The notes under the pieces were generated by a model. It was not told the origin of the DNA, did not search any database, and saw only the letters and a program-made list of their open reading frames with translations. Of a stretch of DNA of 45,802 nt, positions 36,965 through 45,647 are shown in pieces. Both the position numbers and the translations under genes were made by a program. Each line of letters begins with the position of its first letter. The first letter of the stretch is position 1. Origin of the DNA: an uncultured Pseudomonadota bacterium (GTDB taxonomy: Bacteria; SAR324; NAC60-12); assembly GCA_913052275.1 (NCBI GenBank), contig CAJXDX010000002.1, positions 1 to 45,802 of the forward strand, given 5' to 3'.

Positions 36965-37621
36965 ATGAAACATTTTAGGATAATATTAATTTATTTATTT
37001 TTGTTCGGATCAGTCGGTCAGCCTGTTGCGGAAGAAAAGAAATTGCTTCGGCTGATACAGAAACAGTATCAAAGCATCCGGAGTTTTTCCGGACGTTTTA
37101 TCCAGACCAGCCATCGTGCAGATACAGAAACAGGCCCGAAGAAAGCTGAAGGACTTGTTTCTTATAAACGACCTGGGAAAATGCGCTGGCTTTATGAGGC
37201 ACCGGAAGAACAACTGCTTGTAACAAATGGTCAGACAATGTGGCTGTACGATCCATTGCTGGAAAATGTGACTGTTCAAAAATTACAGAAAATCACAGAA
37301 GGCACTGCACTTTCTTTTTTGCTGGGGTTGGGTAACTTACAAGCTGATTTCATACACAGGGAAATTAGCAAAAATTTGCTGAGTGGCCAGGACGGTTTGA
37401 TCGTAGAATTGGAACCTAAAAAATCAACGGCTAATTTAGCCTTCATCCAGTTAAATGTACATCCGGAAACATATAATTTACAGACTATTGCTCTGATGGA
37501 TCAGCAGGATAATTACCGAACAATTCAGCTGATGAACATGAAATACAATCTTGAGATTGAAGATAATTTTTTTGAATTTACAGTCACAAATGATATGGAG
37601 GTAATTGAGGCAGGAAATTAA
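36965..37621 (+). CDS. lolA: Outer-membrane lipoprotein carrier protein LolA
   Basis: I place the start at ATG 36965 (MKHFRIILIYLFLFGS... signal peptide), not the TTG at 36932. F.Q...........G.V.YKRPGKMRWLYEAPEEQLLVTNGQTMWLYDP matches the LolA signature. Confidence 0.88.
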   Translation: MKHFRIILIYLFLFGSVGQPVAEEKKLLRLIQKQYQSIRSFSGRFIQTSHRADTETGPKKAEGLVSYKRPGKMRWLYEAPEEQLLVTNGQTMWLYDPLLENVTVQKLQKITEGTALSFLLGLGNLQADFIHREISKNLLSGQDGLIVELEPKKSTANLAFIQLNVHPETYNLQTIALMDQQDNYRTIQLMNMKYNLEIEDNFFEFTVTNDMEVIEAGN

Positions 37622-37739
37622 CTTTGGTCTTTTTCCGCAAGAGATTTTAAAAGTACAGGGAACAAAAAACTGAAATAAACACCAACCCTTTTAATATTTT
37701 TTTTCTGAAAGTCAGTTTAAACCAAACACCTGAATCTTA

Positions 37740-39797
37740 ATGCTTAAAAAAGAACTGACATTGCTCAATGTGTATTGCATTGCCACCGGGACAACATTGA
37801 GCGCAGGTTTTTTTCTGCTTCCTGGCATTGCCTTTAATGAGGCTGGGCCTGCAGTTATACTGAGCTATTTAATTGCAGCAATTCCATTGATACCAGCAAT
37901 GTTCAGTATTGTAGAGCTGGCAACTGCAATGCCCAGAGCAGGTGGAGCTTATTATTTTCTTGACCGGAGCATGGGCCCTTTTGTTGGCACCATCGGAGGT
38001 TTGGGAACATGGCTTGCGCTGGTTTTAAAAACTGCTTTTGCCTTGATCGGAATGGGAGCATATCTAGCTATTTTCTGGCCGGAAGTTCCAATAGTCACTT
38101 TGGCAGTTATATTAGCAGTCGTTTTTGGCATCATAAATCTTTTTGGAGCCAAAAAAACCGGTACGCTGCAGGTCCTGATGGTTTTTGCCTTATTGATAAT
38201 TTTGACAGCATTCATAAGTAAAGGAATCCCAAATATTGAATTTGAAAATTTTGATGGTTTTTTTGGAAAAGGTGGTGTTTCAATTTTTTCCACAGCAGGG
38301 CTTGTTTATATAAGTTATGTAGGTATCACCAATATTGCCAGTGTCGCGGAAGAAGTCAATAATCCTGAACGTAATCTGCCTTTGGGAGTTTTTCTTGCCA
38401 TAGGTACTGCAATTTTAATTTATGCTGTGGGAACTACAATTATGGTTGGTGTTCTTCCTGCTGAAGAGCTGGCATCTGACTTAACTCCCGTTGCCTCAGC
38501 CTCATACATATTGTTTGGTGAATGGGGTAAAATCGGTTTGACTGCAGCAGCAGTTATTGCTTTTGCCTCGGTCGCAAATGCAGGTATTTTGAGTGCTTCA
38601 CGTTATCCACTGGCCATGAGCCGTGATCACCTTATTCCTGCAGGTTTTTCCAGACTGACTCAAAGAAATATCCCAGTTTATGGAATTGCTGTAACAGTGG
38701 GCTTGATCATCTTCCTTGTGCTTTATTTCGATATTGCCAGCATAGCCAAGCTTGCCAGTGCCTTTCAACTGCTGATGTTTGCCCTGATTTGTTTAGCAGT
38801 GATTGTAATGCGCGAAAGCAAAATTGAGGCATATGATCCGGGGTTCAGTTCGCCTTTTTATCCGTGGATGCAGATTTTCGGAGTATTTGCCCCATTGTGG
38901 CTGATCGCAGAAATGGGAATTGTTCCAATTTTATTTTCTTTGGCTCTCTTCACAGTTGGAACTATCTGGTATGTTTCCTATGCGCGGGAAAAGGTAGTAC
39001 GGTCAGGGGCAATTTACCATTTATTTGCCCGCCTTGGTGAACAAAGATTTGAAGGCCTTGACCGTGAATTGCGCGGTATAATGAAAGAAAAAGGCGTGCG
39101 TGAGGAAGATCCATTTGATGAAGTCGTGACTCGAGCAGTAGTAATGGAATTTACCAGTGAAAAAACATTTGAGGAAATATCACGTGATGTTTCAAATCAG
39201 TTTGCATCCAGACTTGGATTTGGCGCTGAAGAACTGGAACAAAGGTTTATGGAAGGAAGCAGAATCGGTGCAACACCGATTTCGCACGGTGCGGCCCTGC
39301 CGCATATACGTCTGCCGGAAATTGAGAAGGCCGAAATGATATTAGTCCGTACAATTCAACCGTGCTTTGTTAAGGCTCTTAATTTTTCAGGCAAAACTTC
39401 AATGCAAGGTCCCATACATGCTTTTTTCTTTTTAGTAAGTCCTAATGAAAATCCTGGACAACACCTAAGGATACTGGCTCAAATTGCAGGTCGTGTTGAT
39501 GATGAAAATTTCATCAAGGACTGGATGGATGCAACGGATGATCAGGAATTAAAGGAAATTTTACTGCGAGATGAACGCTTTTTCTCGCTTACCATTCGAA
39601 ACAATACACCATCTTCTGCATTAATTGGAAACTCTCTGAGAGATATTCGAATGCCTGAAGGATGCCTCGTTGCACTAATACGTCGAAAAGGTGAAACAAT
39701 CGTGCCTCGTGGTCTAACAGAATTAATGGAGGGAGATCGATTAACCATTATAGGTGACGCACAGCGGATTGAACAATTGATCAACGAATACAGTTAA
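37740..39797 (+). CDS. APC-superfamily amino-acid permease fused to C-terminal PTS EIIA(type 2)-like and TrkA-C (RCK_C) domains
   Basis: 685 aa. About 12 TM helices span residues 1-440. An EIIA-2-like segment follows, with ISHGAALPHIRLPE (His codon 39303-39305) and HAFFFLVSP...HLRILAQIA. The terminal segment LRDIRMPEGCLVALIRRKGETIVPRGLTELMEGDRLTIIGD is typical of TrkA-C. Confidence 0.82.
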   Translation: MLKKELTLLNVYCIATGTTLSAGFFLLPGIAFNEAGPAVILSYLIAAIPLIPAMFSIVELATAMPRAGGAYYFLDRSMGPFVGTIGGLGTWLALVLKTAFALIGMGAYLAIFWPEVPIVTLAVILAVVFGIINLFGAKKTGTLQVLMVFALLIILTAFISKGIPNIEFENFDGFFGKGGVSIFSTAGLVYISYVGITNIASVAEEVNNPERNLPLGVFLAIGTAILIYAVGTTIMVGVLPAEELASDLTPVASASYILFGEWGKIGLTAAAVIAFASVANAGILSASRYPLAMSRDHLIPAGFSRLTQRNIPVYGIAVTVGLIIFLVLYFDIASIAKLASAFQLLMFALICLAVIVMRESKIEAYDPGFSSPFYPWMQIFGVFAPLWLIAEMGIVPILFSLALFTVGTIWYVSYAREKVVRSGAIYHLFARLGEQRFEGLDRELRGIMKEKGVREEDPFDEVVTRAVVMEFTSEKTFEEISRDVSNQFASRLGFGAEELEQRFMEGSRIGATPISHGAALPHIRLPEIEKAEMILVRTIQPCFVKALNFSGKTSMQGPIHAFFFLVSPNENPGQHLRILAQIAGRVDDENFIKDWMDATDDQELKEILLRDERFFSLTIRNNTPSSALIGNSLRDIRMPEGCLVALIRRKGETIVPRGLTELMEGDRLTIIGDAQRIEQLINEYS

Positions 39798-39801
39798 CTG
39801 A

Positions 39802-40548
39802 ATGACAATTAATACTCGATCAGACGGCAGGGCAGACAACGAATCACGTCCTCTTATAATCACGCCGGATTATACAAGGTATGCAGAAGGATCAGTGCTT
39901 GTCTGTTGTGGAAATACTAAAGTAATTTGCACAGCATCAGTAGAAAACAAAGTGCCTGATTGGCTGTTGGATGAGCAGAATAATCCACGACACGGCTGGA
40001 TCACAGCGGAATACGGAATGCTGCCTCGATCAACAGGCTCTCGTCGCCGCAGAGAGACAGGAGCGATTCAAGGACGCACACAGGAAATTCAACGCCTTAT
40101 AGGCCGCTCACTGCGTTCTGCAGTAAATCTCCTTTCGCTTGAGAAACACACAGTCTGGATTGACTGCGACGTGATACAGGCAGACGGTGGAACCCGAACT
40201 GCTTCAATCACCGGCGGATTTGTGGCTTTAATTTATGCTTTAAGAAAAATTCATGATAAAGGAGATATCAAAGAGTTCCCAGTAAAAGAATTTCTGGCAG
40301 CCATCAGTGTTGGTATTGTTAATCAGCAGCCTGTTTTAGATTTGAATTATGATGAAGACAAAGATGCAGAAGTTGATATGAATGTTGTCATGCTTAGTTC
40401 AGGCAAATTGGTAGAAGTACAGGGTACTGCAGAAGGAAGAACCTATTCACGCCAGCAGTTGAACATAATGCTTGATCTGGCAGAGCAGGGCATTCGTTCA
40501 CATATTGATTCACAAAAGGAAGTGCTTGGAAACAAACTTACAGGTTGA
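39802..40548 (+). CDS. rph: Ribonuclease PH
   Basis: 248 aa. It has RSDGRADNESRPL, YAEGSVLVCCGNTKVICTAS, and DCDVIQADGGTRTASITGGFVAL. Confidence 0.96.
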   Translation: MTINTRSDGRADNESRPLIITPDYTRYAEGSVLVCCGNTKVICTASVENKVPDWLLDEQNNPRHGWITAEYGMLPRSTGSRRRRETGAIQGRTQEIQRLIGRSLRSAVNLLSLEKHTVWIDCDVIQADGGTRTASITGGFVALIYALRKIHDKGDIKEFPVKEFLAAISVGIVNQQPVLDLNYDEDKDAEVDMNVVMLSSGKLVEVQGTAEGRTYSRQQLNIMLDLAEQGIRSHIDSQKEVLGNKLTG

Positions 40549-40568
40549 AATATTTCTAAAACCGAACT

Positions 40569-41393
40569 ATGCATCCATACATTTTTTCAATTGAGATCCC
40601 CTGGTTTAATATTACCCTGGAACCAAGGTACTACGGATTATTTTACGCAATCGCAGTATTAATCGGTTCCAGAATTGTACTCTCAGAAATTAAAAGGCGC
40701 CGAATAAATCTCCAAGAGGATGAAGCTCTTAACATGACACTGCTTATTTTTCTGGCAGGTTTAATTGGCGGTCGTGTGTATGAGGTAATTTTTGAGTGGT
40801 CAAATTATTATAGATTTCAGCTATTCTGGAAAACGTTTGCTATCTGGGAAGGTGGGTTGGCAATCCACGGAGCTATCATAGGTGGTATTGTTTCCCTTTT
40901 AATATATTGCCGGATAAAAAATATCTCGTTAGCTGCAATGCTTGATATCGGGGCGCTTTGCATGATTCTGGGGCAGGCAATAGGACGCTGGGGGAATTTC
41001 ACAAATGGAGAAGCCGCAGGTCCCGTAACTGATTTGTGGACAGGGATAGTTTTTCCTGAAGGAACTGCCGTCGACCGTTATGCAAATGGATCACCTGTAC
41101 ATCCTACTATGATTTATGAATCGCTGGGCAACTTCCTGATCCTGGTGTTACTTTGGAAACTTCGTCTGAGGAATTTTCGCCCTGGAATGCTGGGTGCAGT
41201 TTATCTGCTGACATATTCAATTCTGCGTTCACTCTTAACACCTCTTCGAATGGACAACCAGTTTTTTATTATAGCAGAAACTAAGTTTCTTGCGGCATAT
41301 ACCATAAGCATAATTATGTTTGCGGCAGGATTGATTTGGATCTATATACAGAAACTCTGGTATCAGGATGAAACACTAATTAAAAAAGCATGA
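40569..41393 (+). CDS. lgt: Prolipoprotein diacylglyceryl transferase
   Basis: 274 aa polytopic membrane protein. It has GRVYE, GGLAIHGAIIGG, the Lgt signature GRWGNFTNGEA, and HPTMIYES. Confidence 0.93.
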   Translation: MHPYIFSIEIPWFNITLEPRYYGLFYAIAVLIGSRIVLSEIKRRRINLQEDEALNMTLLIFLAGLIGGRVYEVIFEWSNYYRFQLFWKTFAIWEGGLAIHGAIIGGIVSLLIYCRIKNISLAAMLDIGALCMILGQAIGRWGNFTNGEAAGPVTDLWTGIVFPEGTAVDRYANGSPVHPTMIYESLGNFLILVLLWKLRLRNFRPGMLGAVYLLTYSILRSLLTPLRMDNQFFIIAETKFLAAYTISIIMFAAGLIWIYIQKLWYQDETLIKKA

Positions 41394-42388
41394 ATGTTGA
41401 TTTAGTTGAACTGCTGGCACATCCTGCCTTCATGCTGTTAATGATTCTGGGGCTTGACCTGATGTTTGGGGATCCAGTTTATCGTTTTCACCCCGTGAGG
41501 CTGATAGGCAGTTTGATATCATGGTACGAAACAAGGCTGAGGCATTCAGGTTTGAATGGAAAATTCGGTGGTGTTTTATTATCTCTTTTATTGATTTTAA
41601 GTACTCTCCTGTTCAGTACCGGGATTTTCAAATTCCTGGAATATTTTCATTGGAGTTTGAGCTGTGTCTGGTATGTTTTCCTGGGATGGAGTTTTCTTGC
41701 CCTTGGTGATTTGCTCAAACATGCTCGACAGGTTGCAGCTGCTATGGAAAAAGAAGATCTATCCCTCTCAAAAATAACTGTAGGGAAGCTTGTTGGAAGG
41801 GACACAAATTTGATGGATTTGCCTGCATGTGGACGTGCCACTGTTGAAAGTGTTGGTGAAAACTTCAATGATGGTGTTATTGCGCCGATTTTCTATTTTT
41901 GTCTGTTTGGCATTCCCGGGATACTGGTATACAAAGTTGTTAATACGCTTGATTCAATGGTTGGATACAGGAATGAACAGTATCAGGATTTTGGCTGGTG
42001 CAGTGCAAAACTTGATGATTTAATGAGCTTTATGCCTGCCAGAATCAGCTGGCTTTTATTGTCCGGGACTGCAGTTTTTTACCCCCAATTATCCGGAAGT
42101 AATGCCCTCAAAGCAGGCTGGAAAGATCATTTAAAACTGCCTAGTTTCAATGCCGGATGGTGTGAAGCAACTGTTGCAGGTGCACTTAAAATAAAACTAT
42201 GTGGCCCCATCTGGAGAGAAGGGCGGTTGGCACAAAATGTCTGGCTTGGAAGACAGGGCGACAGAGAAGGAGCCACTGTCAAAGATATACAACTTGTAAA
42301 CAGCCTTGCTCTGACTTCCTCCCTAATTGGATCCGGATTTACAATGGTCATGTTATGTTATTCCGGATTTCTACCATTTTTCAGCTGA
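41390..42388 (+). CDS. cbiB: Adenosylcobinamide-phosphate synthase CbiB/CobD
   Basis: 332 aa membrane protein. It has GDP...FHPVRLIG, VGRDT, ESV.EN..DGV.AP.F, NTLDSMVGY, and ARL/KLDD. Its start overlaps the lgt stop (ATGA, 41390-41393). Confidence 0.9.
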   Translation: MNVDLVELLAHPAFMLLMILGLDLMFGDPVYRFHPVRLIGSLISWYETRLRHSGLNGKFGGVLLSLLLILSTLLFSTGIFKFLEYFHWSLSCVWYVFLGWSFLALGDLLKHARQVAAAMEKEDLSLSKITVGKLVGRDTNLMDLPACGRATVESVGENFNDGVIAPIFYFCLFGIPGILVYKVVNTLDSMVGYRNEQYQDFGWCSAKLDDLMSFMPARISWLLLSGTAVFYPQLSGSNALKAGWKDHLKLPSFNAGWCEATVAGALKIKLCGPIWREGRLAQNVWLGRQGDREGATVKDIQLVNSLALTSSLIGSGFTMVMLCYSGFLPFFS

Positions 42389-42885
42389 TGAAAATTCTAA
42401 TAACAGGAGGAGTGAAAAGCGGGAAATCACGTCACGCAGAAAAACGCATCCTATCTCTGGCTAACGGTATAAAGCCTGTCTATCTTGCTACAACAGAATT
42501 AAATGATCCTGAAATGAAGAAACGCATAACAGAGCACCGTCAGCGTCGTGGCAACACATTTAAGACCATAGAAGAACCCCTGCGTTTAGCTTATGTACTG
42601 AGAAACATTCAATGCCCTGTTCTTATAGAATGTTTGACAATGTGGCTCAATAATGCACTGCATCATAAATATTCAGAAAGAAAAATTTTTGCTGAAATAG
42701 ATAACTTACTTTCTCTGGAATGTGATGTGGTTTTTGTTTTAAATGAAGTGGGGCTCGGCATCATTCCGGAAAATCCTTTAGCTAGAAAATTTTTGGATTT
42801 TTCAGGTCGTATTGCACAGAAGCTTGGCGAAGCATGCGACGAGGTCATCTGGAGTGTGGCAGGAAATACAATCAGGATAAAATAG
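42388..42885 (+). CDS. cobU: Bifunctional adenosylcobinamide kinase / adenosylcobinamide-phosphate guanylyltransferase
   Basis: I place the start at ATG 42388, overlapping the cbiB stop (TGATG). MKILITGGVKSGKSRHAE carries the P-loop, and the roughly 165-aa size and HRQRR...IEEP block are typical of CobU/CobP. The longer track ORF from 42199 lies inside cbiB. Confidence 0.88.
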   Translation: MKILITGGVKSGKSRHAEKRILSLANGIKPVYLATTELNDPEMKKRITEHRQRRGNTFKTIEEPLRLAYVLRNIQCPVLIECLTMWLNNALHHKYSERKIFAEIDNLLSLECDVVFVLNEVGLGIIPENPLARKFLDFSGRIAQKLGEACDEVIWSVAGNTIRIK

Positions 42886-42898
42886 ATATTGATACATA

Positions 42899-44011
42899 AT
42901 GAAAACCCTTCAAGTTAAATTGCCAGGACGCAGTTATGATATTGACATTGGTTTCAATATTCTCCAAAAACGACTTCCGAACGTTGTTTTGAAACAAAAC
43001 ACTGATCTGGTAGTCGTTGTCACAAATGAAACCCTGCATAATCTGTATCCAGACCATGTAAGCAGTATATTAGAAGATTCCGGAGTACGAGTTGTTGCAT
43101 GCGTACTGCCTGATGGTGAGCAGTACAAAAATCTGGAAACCCTTTCACAAATTTTTGATTTTCTGATGGAGGTCAGTGCAAATCGCAAAACATTATTAAT
43201 AGCATTTGGCGGAGGAGTTATCGGAGATATGGCTGGTTTTGCGGCTGCAACTTTTGTTCGAGGCATACCATACATTCAAATACCGACTACTTTACTGGCT
43301 CATGTAGACAGCAGTGTGGGAGGAAAAACAGCAGTTAATCATCCTTTAGGAAAAAACACTATCGGTGCCTTTAAACAGCCTGAATATGTTTGCATTGAGT
43401 TGTCTTTTCTGAAAACATTGTCTTCACGTGAGTTGAATGCCGGCTACATTGAACTGTTAAAACATGGTATCATGCACGATGAGAGATTGTTCGATTTTGT
43501 TCAAAGCCATTCGCTGGAGCCGCTTGATTTTGAATTTTTAGAAGAAGCGATAATTCGCTCATGCGCCATTAAAGGCCGTGTGGTTGAAAAAGATGAAACT
43601 GAAACAGGAATACGTGCTACTCTGAATTTTGGACACACCCTTGGACATTTGATAGAAACTCACGCAGGTTACGGCAAGTATCTCCATGGAGAGGCGGTTG
43701 GAGTAGGGATGTTTTTTGCCGCATTTGTGTCATGGCGCTGCAATGAGCTGGTGGAAGATGACTGGACGCGCATCAAAAGTTATCTCAGTCAAATATTAAC
43801 TCCGATTAAACTGCCTCCACTGGACCAGAGTCTATTTCGTGAGATGATTTTGCATGACAAGAAGGCGCAAAAACAGTCAGTAAACTTTATTATGCTGAGG
43901 AAATTGGGAGAGAGTTTCATCAGGAAGGAAACGTCAGTTGAGATGCTCTGGAAGGAGTTCAAGGAATTTTCAGAAAAATTCCCAGAGTTTGTTGAAATTG
44001 AAGGAAGATAA
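42899..44011 (+). CDS. aroB: 3-dehydroquinate synthase
   Basis: 370 aa. It has GGGVIGDMAGFAAATFVRGIPYIQIPTTLLAHVDSSVGGKTAVN and LNFGHTLGH...HGEAV metal ligands. Confidence 0.95.
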   Translation: MKTLQVKLPGRSYDIDIGFNILQKRLPNVVLKQNTDLVVVVTNETLHNLYPDHVSSILEDSGVRVVACVLPDGEQYKNLETLSQIFDFLMEVSANRKTLLIAFGGGVIGDMAGFAAATFVRGIPYIQIPTTLLAHVDSSVGGKTAVNHPLGKNTIGAFKQPEYVCIELSFLKTLSSRELNAGYIELLKHGIMHDERLFDFVQSHSLEPLDFEFLEEAIIRSCAIKGRVVEKDETETGIRATLNFGHTLGHLIETHAGYGKYLHGEAVGVGMFFAAFVSWRCNELVEDDWTRIKSYLSQILTPIKLPPLDQSLFREMILHDKKAQKQSVNFIMLRKLGESFIRKETSVEMLWKEFKEFSEKFPEFVEIEGR

Positions 44012-44012
44012 T

Positions 44013-44564
44013 TCAGACCAAACCGGTTTGAGTAAATGCTGTAGTCAGGGGGTCAAAACCAAGATTGTTCATTGTCGTTTCCCAGCGCAGCTCATAATCC
44101 AAATTTAAGAGCAGGGATTCATCAAGTGGACCAAGCCACCATGATTCTTCCTGGATTTCCCGGTCAAGCTGACCGGCACCCCAGCCTGAGTATCCGCTGC
44201 CGAAATGATAGGATTTCACCTTATTTCCTTCAGCAAGAGAGTTGAGGATATCCTGGGCAGAACTTAAATGGATTTCTTTAGATAGAACAGTCGTTTCTTT
44301 AACTGAAAAATCTGAGCTGTGCACTGCCCAAAATGATTCAGGTTGCACAGGCCCTCCAACCAGTAAAGGGATATCAAATGCGGAATTTTTCTGCATGTCA
44401 TCAGATAAAACCTCTTTAACTTTTGTTTTGGAAGGATGATTCATTACCAGGCCAAATGCTCCTTCTTCGTCATAATTGCATAAAAGAATTACTGATTTTT
44501 CAAAAAAAGTTCCGTCTAGGGTGGGCATTGCTATCAGGATACCGGGAACTTCACTGTTATTCAT
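44013..44564 (-). CDS. yqgE: YqgE/AlgH family protein (UPF0301)
   Basis: 183 aa. ILIAMPTLDGTFFEKSVILLCNYDEEGAFGLVMNHP and GGPV...GYSGWGAGQLDREI match the family signature. Confidence 0.88.
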   Translation of the reverse strand: MNNSEVPGILIAMPTLDGTFFEKSVILLCNYDEEGAFGLVMNHPSKTKVKEVLSDDMQKNSAFDIPLLVGGPVQPESFWAVHSSDFSVKETTVLSKEIHLSSAQDILNSLAEGNKVKSYHFGSGYSGWGAGQLDREIQEESWWLGPLDESLLLNLDYELRWETTMNNLGFDPLTTAFTQTGLV

Positions 44565-44597
44565 AAAAGTTTTTTTCAGCAGAAGAAAAATATAATA

Positions 44598-45638
44598 ATG
44601 GCTATTCTAACTCATCAGAAACAAGATAACAATTTGGTAACGCATTTTCTTCGTACAATTCATTATCAAAGTTCAACTGGAAACAAACCTTATGGAAATA
44701 CACTGAATATCCTCAGTGCAATATTTGAAGCTGCAGGACAAAAACATTTGCTTTATTTAGTTAAACTCCGCAAATTGTGGTTTGAAGAAGTTGATGCTTT
44801 TTTAGCAAAGAACTCCTATCCACGCAACATTTCTGTACTCAGTCAATTTACAGTTAACAATAATGTTATTCAAGAATGCTTAAAAGCAAACAGTCATTCT
44901 GACATTTTGAATGCCCTGAAAAAATTAAATGGCGAAACATTCAAACATTTGAAACAAATTAAAGCCAGGCTTCAAAAGATTCTAATACGTACCTTGTCTT
45001 CAGAAGAACAAGAGTTTCTGGGACAGAAACTTCGCTTTAAGCCCCAGCAGACTATTTTGCACCTGACTGTATATGACGGTGGAATAGCTCAGGCGCTCCG
45101 CTTTGAAACTGAGGCTTATCTTCGCATGTTTAATCGGCTGTTACCAGAATTAAAACTGAATAACATACAATGTCATGTTGGTGATATGGGCCAAACGCAA
45201 TTTGACCAGCAACATGTAGGCTTGCTGGCGAAAGACTGGCATATAGTAACACCGCCCGAAGTTCATCTGCGCTGTTCTCCTGCCTTTCTGCATAGAGTTT
45301 CAAGGAGACACGCTGTGTTGGTAATTTATGTCAATTCAAAAGAAGAAATGGATTTATTAAAACGCACTCCAGGAGCAGATTGGCTGTTGCAGAATCTGCA
45401 TCAAAAGCTTCCAGAGCTGAGGGATGTAATACAGCGGATAGGCTTTGCTCTAAAGCATGAGCTTGATTTAGAACAAATTCGTTTACGTACAGTTGTGCTA
45501 GGAAACTCAACTGAGGATCCGTCATCGATAATTAAAGACAAAAGCTGTCAGACGGAATCACATTCATCCAAAAATACTAATGCAATAGAACAATTTGCTA
45601 AAATCAGGAAGATCATTAGTGGTAATTCGCCTTCTTAA
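44598..45638 (+). CDS. Hypothetical protein with two DUF721/DciA-like modules (tentative)
   Basis: 346 aa. Residues ~55-75 plus ~150-195 (KLRKLWFEEVDAFLAKNSYP...ILHLTVYDGGIAQALRFETEAYLRMFNRLLP...IQCHVG) follow the DUF721 pattern as I recall it. So do residues ~210-290 (DWHIVTPPEVHLRCSP...VLVIYVNSKEEMDLL...LLQNLHQKLPEL...IGFALK). That pattern is W..ivG..la..t.P, then L.V.v.s..wa.eL, then i.f.v. This was not verified by search. Confidence 0.5.
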   Translation: MAILTHQKQDNNLVTHFLRTIHYQSSTGNKPYGNTLNILSAIFEAAGQKHLLYLVKLRKLWFEEVDAFLAKNSYPRNISVLSQFTVNNNVIQECLKANSHSDILNALKKLNGETFKHLKQIKARLQKILIRTLSSEEQEFLGQKLRFKPQQTILHLTVYDGGIAQALRFETEAYLRMFNRLLPELKLNNIQCHVGDMGQTQFDQQHVGLLAKDWHIVTPPEVHLRCSPAFLHRVSRRHAVLVIYVNSKEEMDLLKRTPGADWLLQNLHQKLPELRDVIQRIGFALKHELDLEQIRLRTVVLGNSTEDPSSIIKDKSCQTESHSSKNTNAIEQFAKIRKIISGNSPS

Positions 45639-45647
45639 ATTCTACGT

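Noticed and set aside
42199-42387. Upstream extension of the cobU ORF, with analogous extensions at 12631-12684 (lipoprotein 2) and 36932-36964 (lolA)
   Set aside because: The extensions overlap the preceding well-supported gene or use a non-ATG start. Internal ATGs give canonical N-termini: the P-loop MKILITGGVKSGKS, the lipoprotein signal peptide and the LolA signal peptide.
44019-44030. 12-nt perfect palindrome CAAACCGGTTTG near the aroB/yqgE convergence point (yqgE begins one nucleotide after aroB ends)
   Set aside because: It lies inside the yqgE coding sequence, which ends ...TQTGLV. It has no loop and no flanking T-tracts, and a 12-mer palindrome is not statistically remarkable in 45.8 kb.
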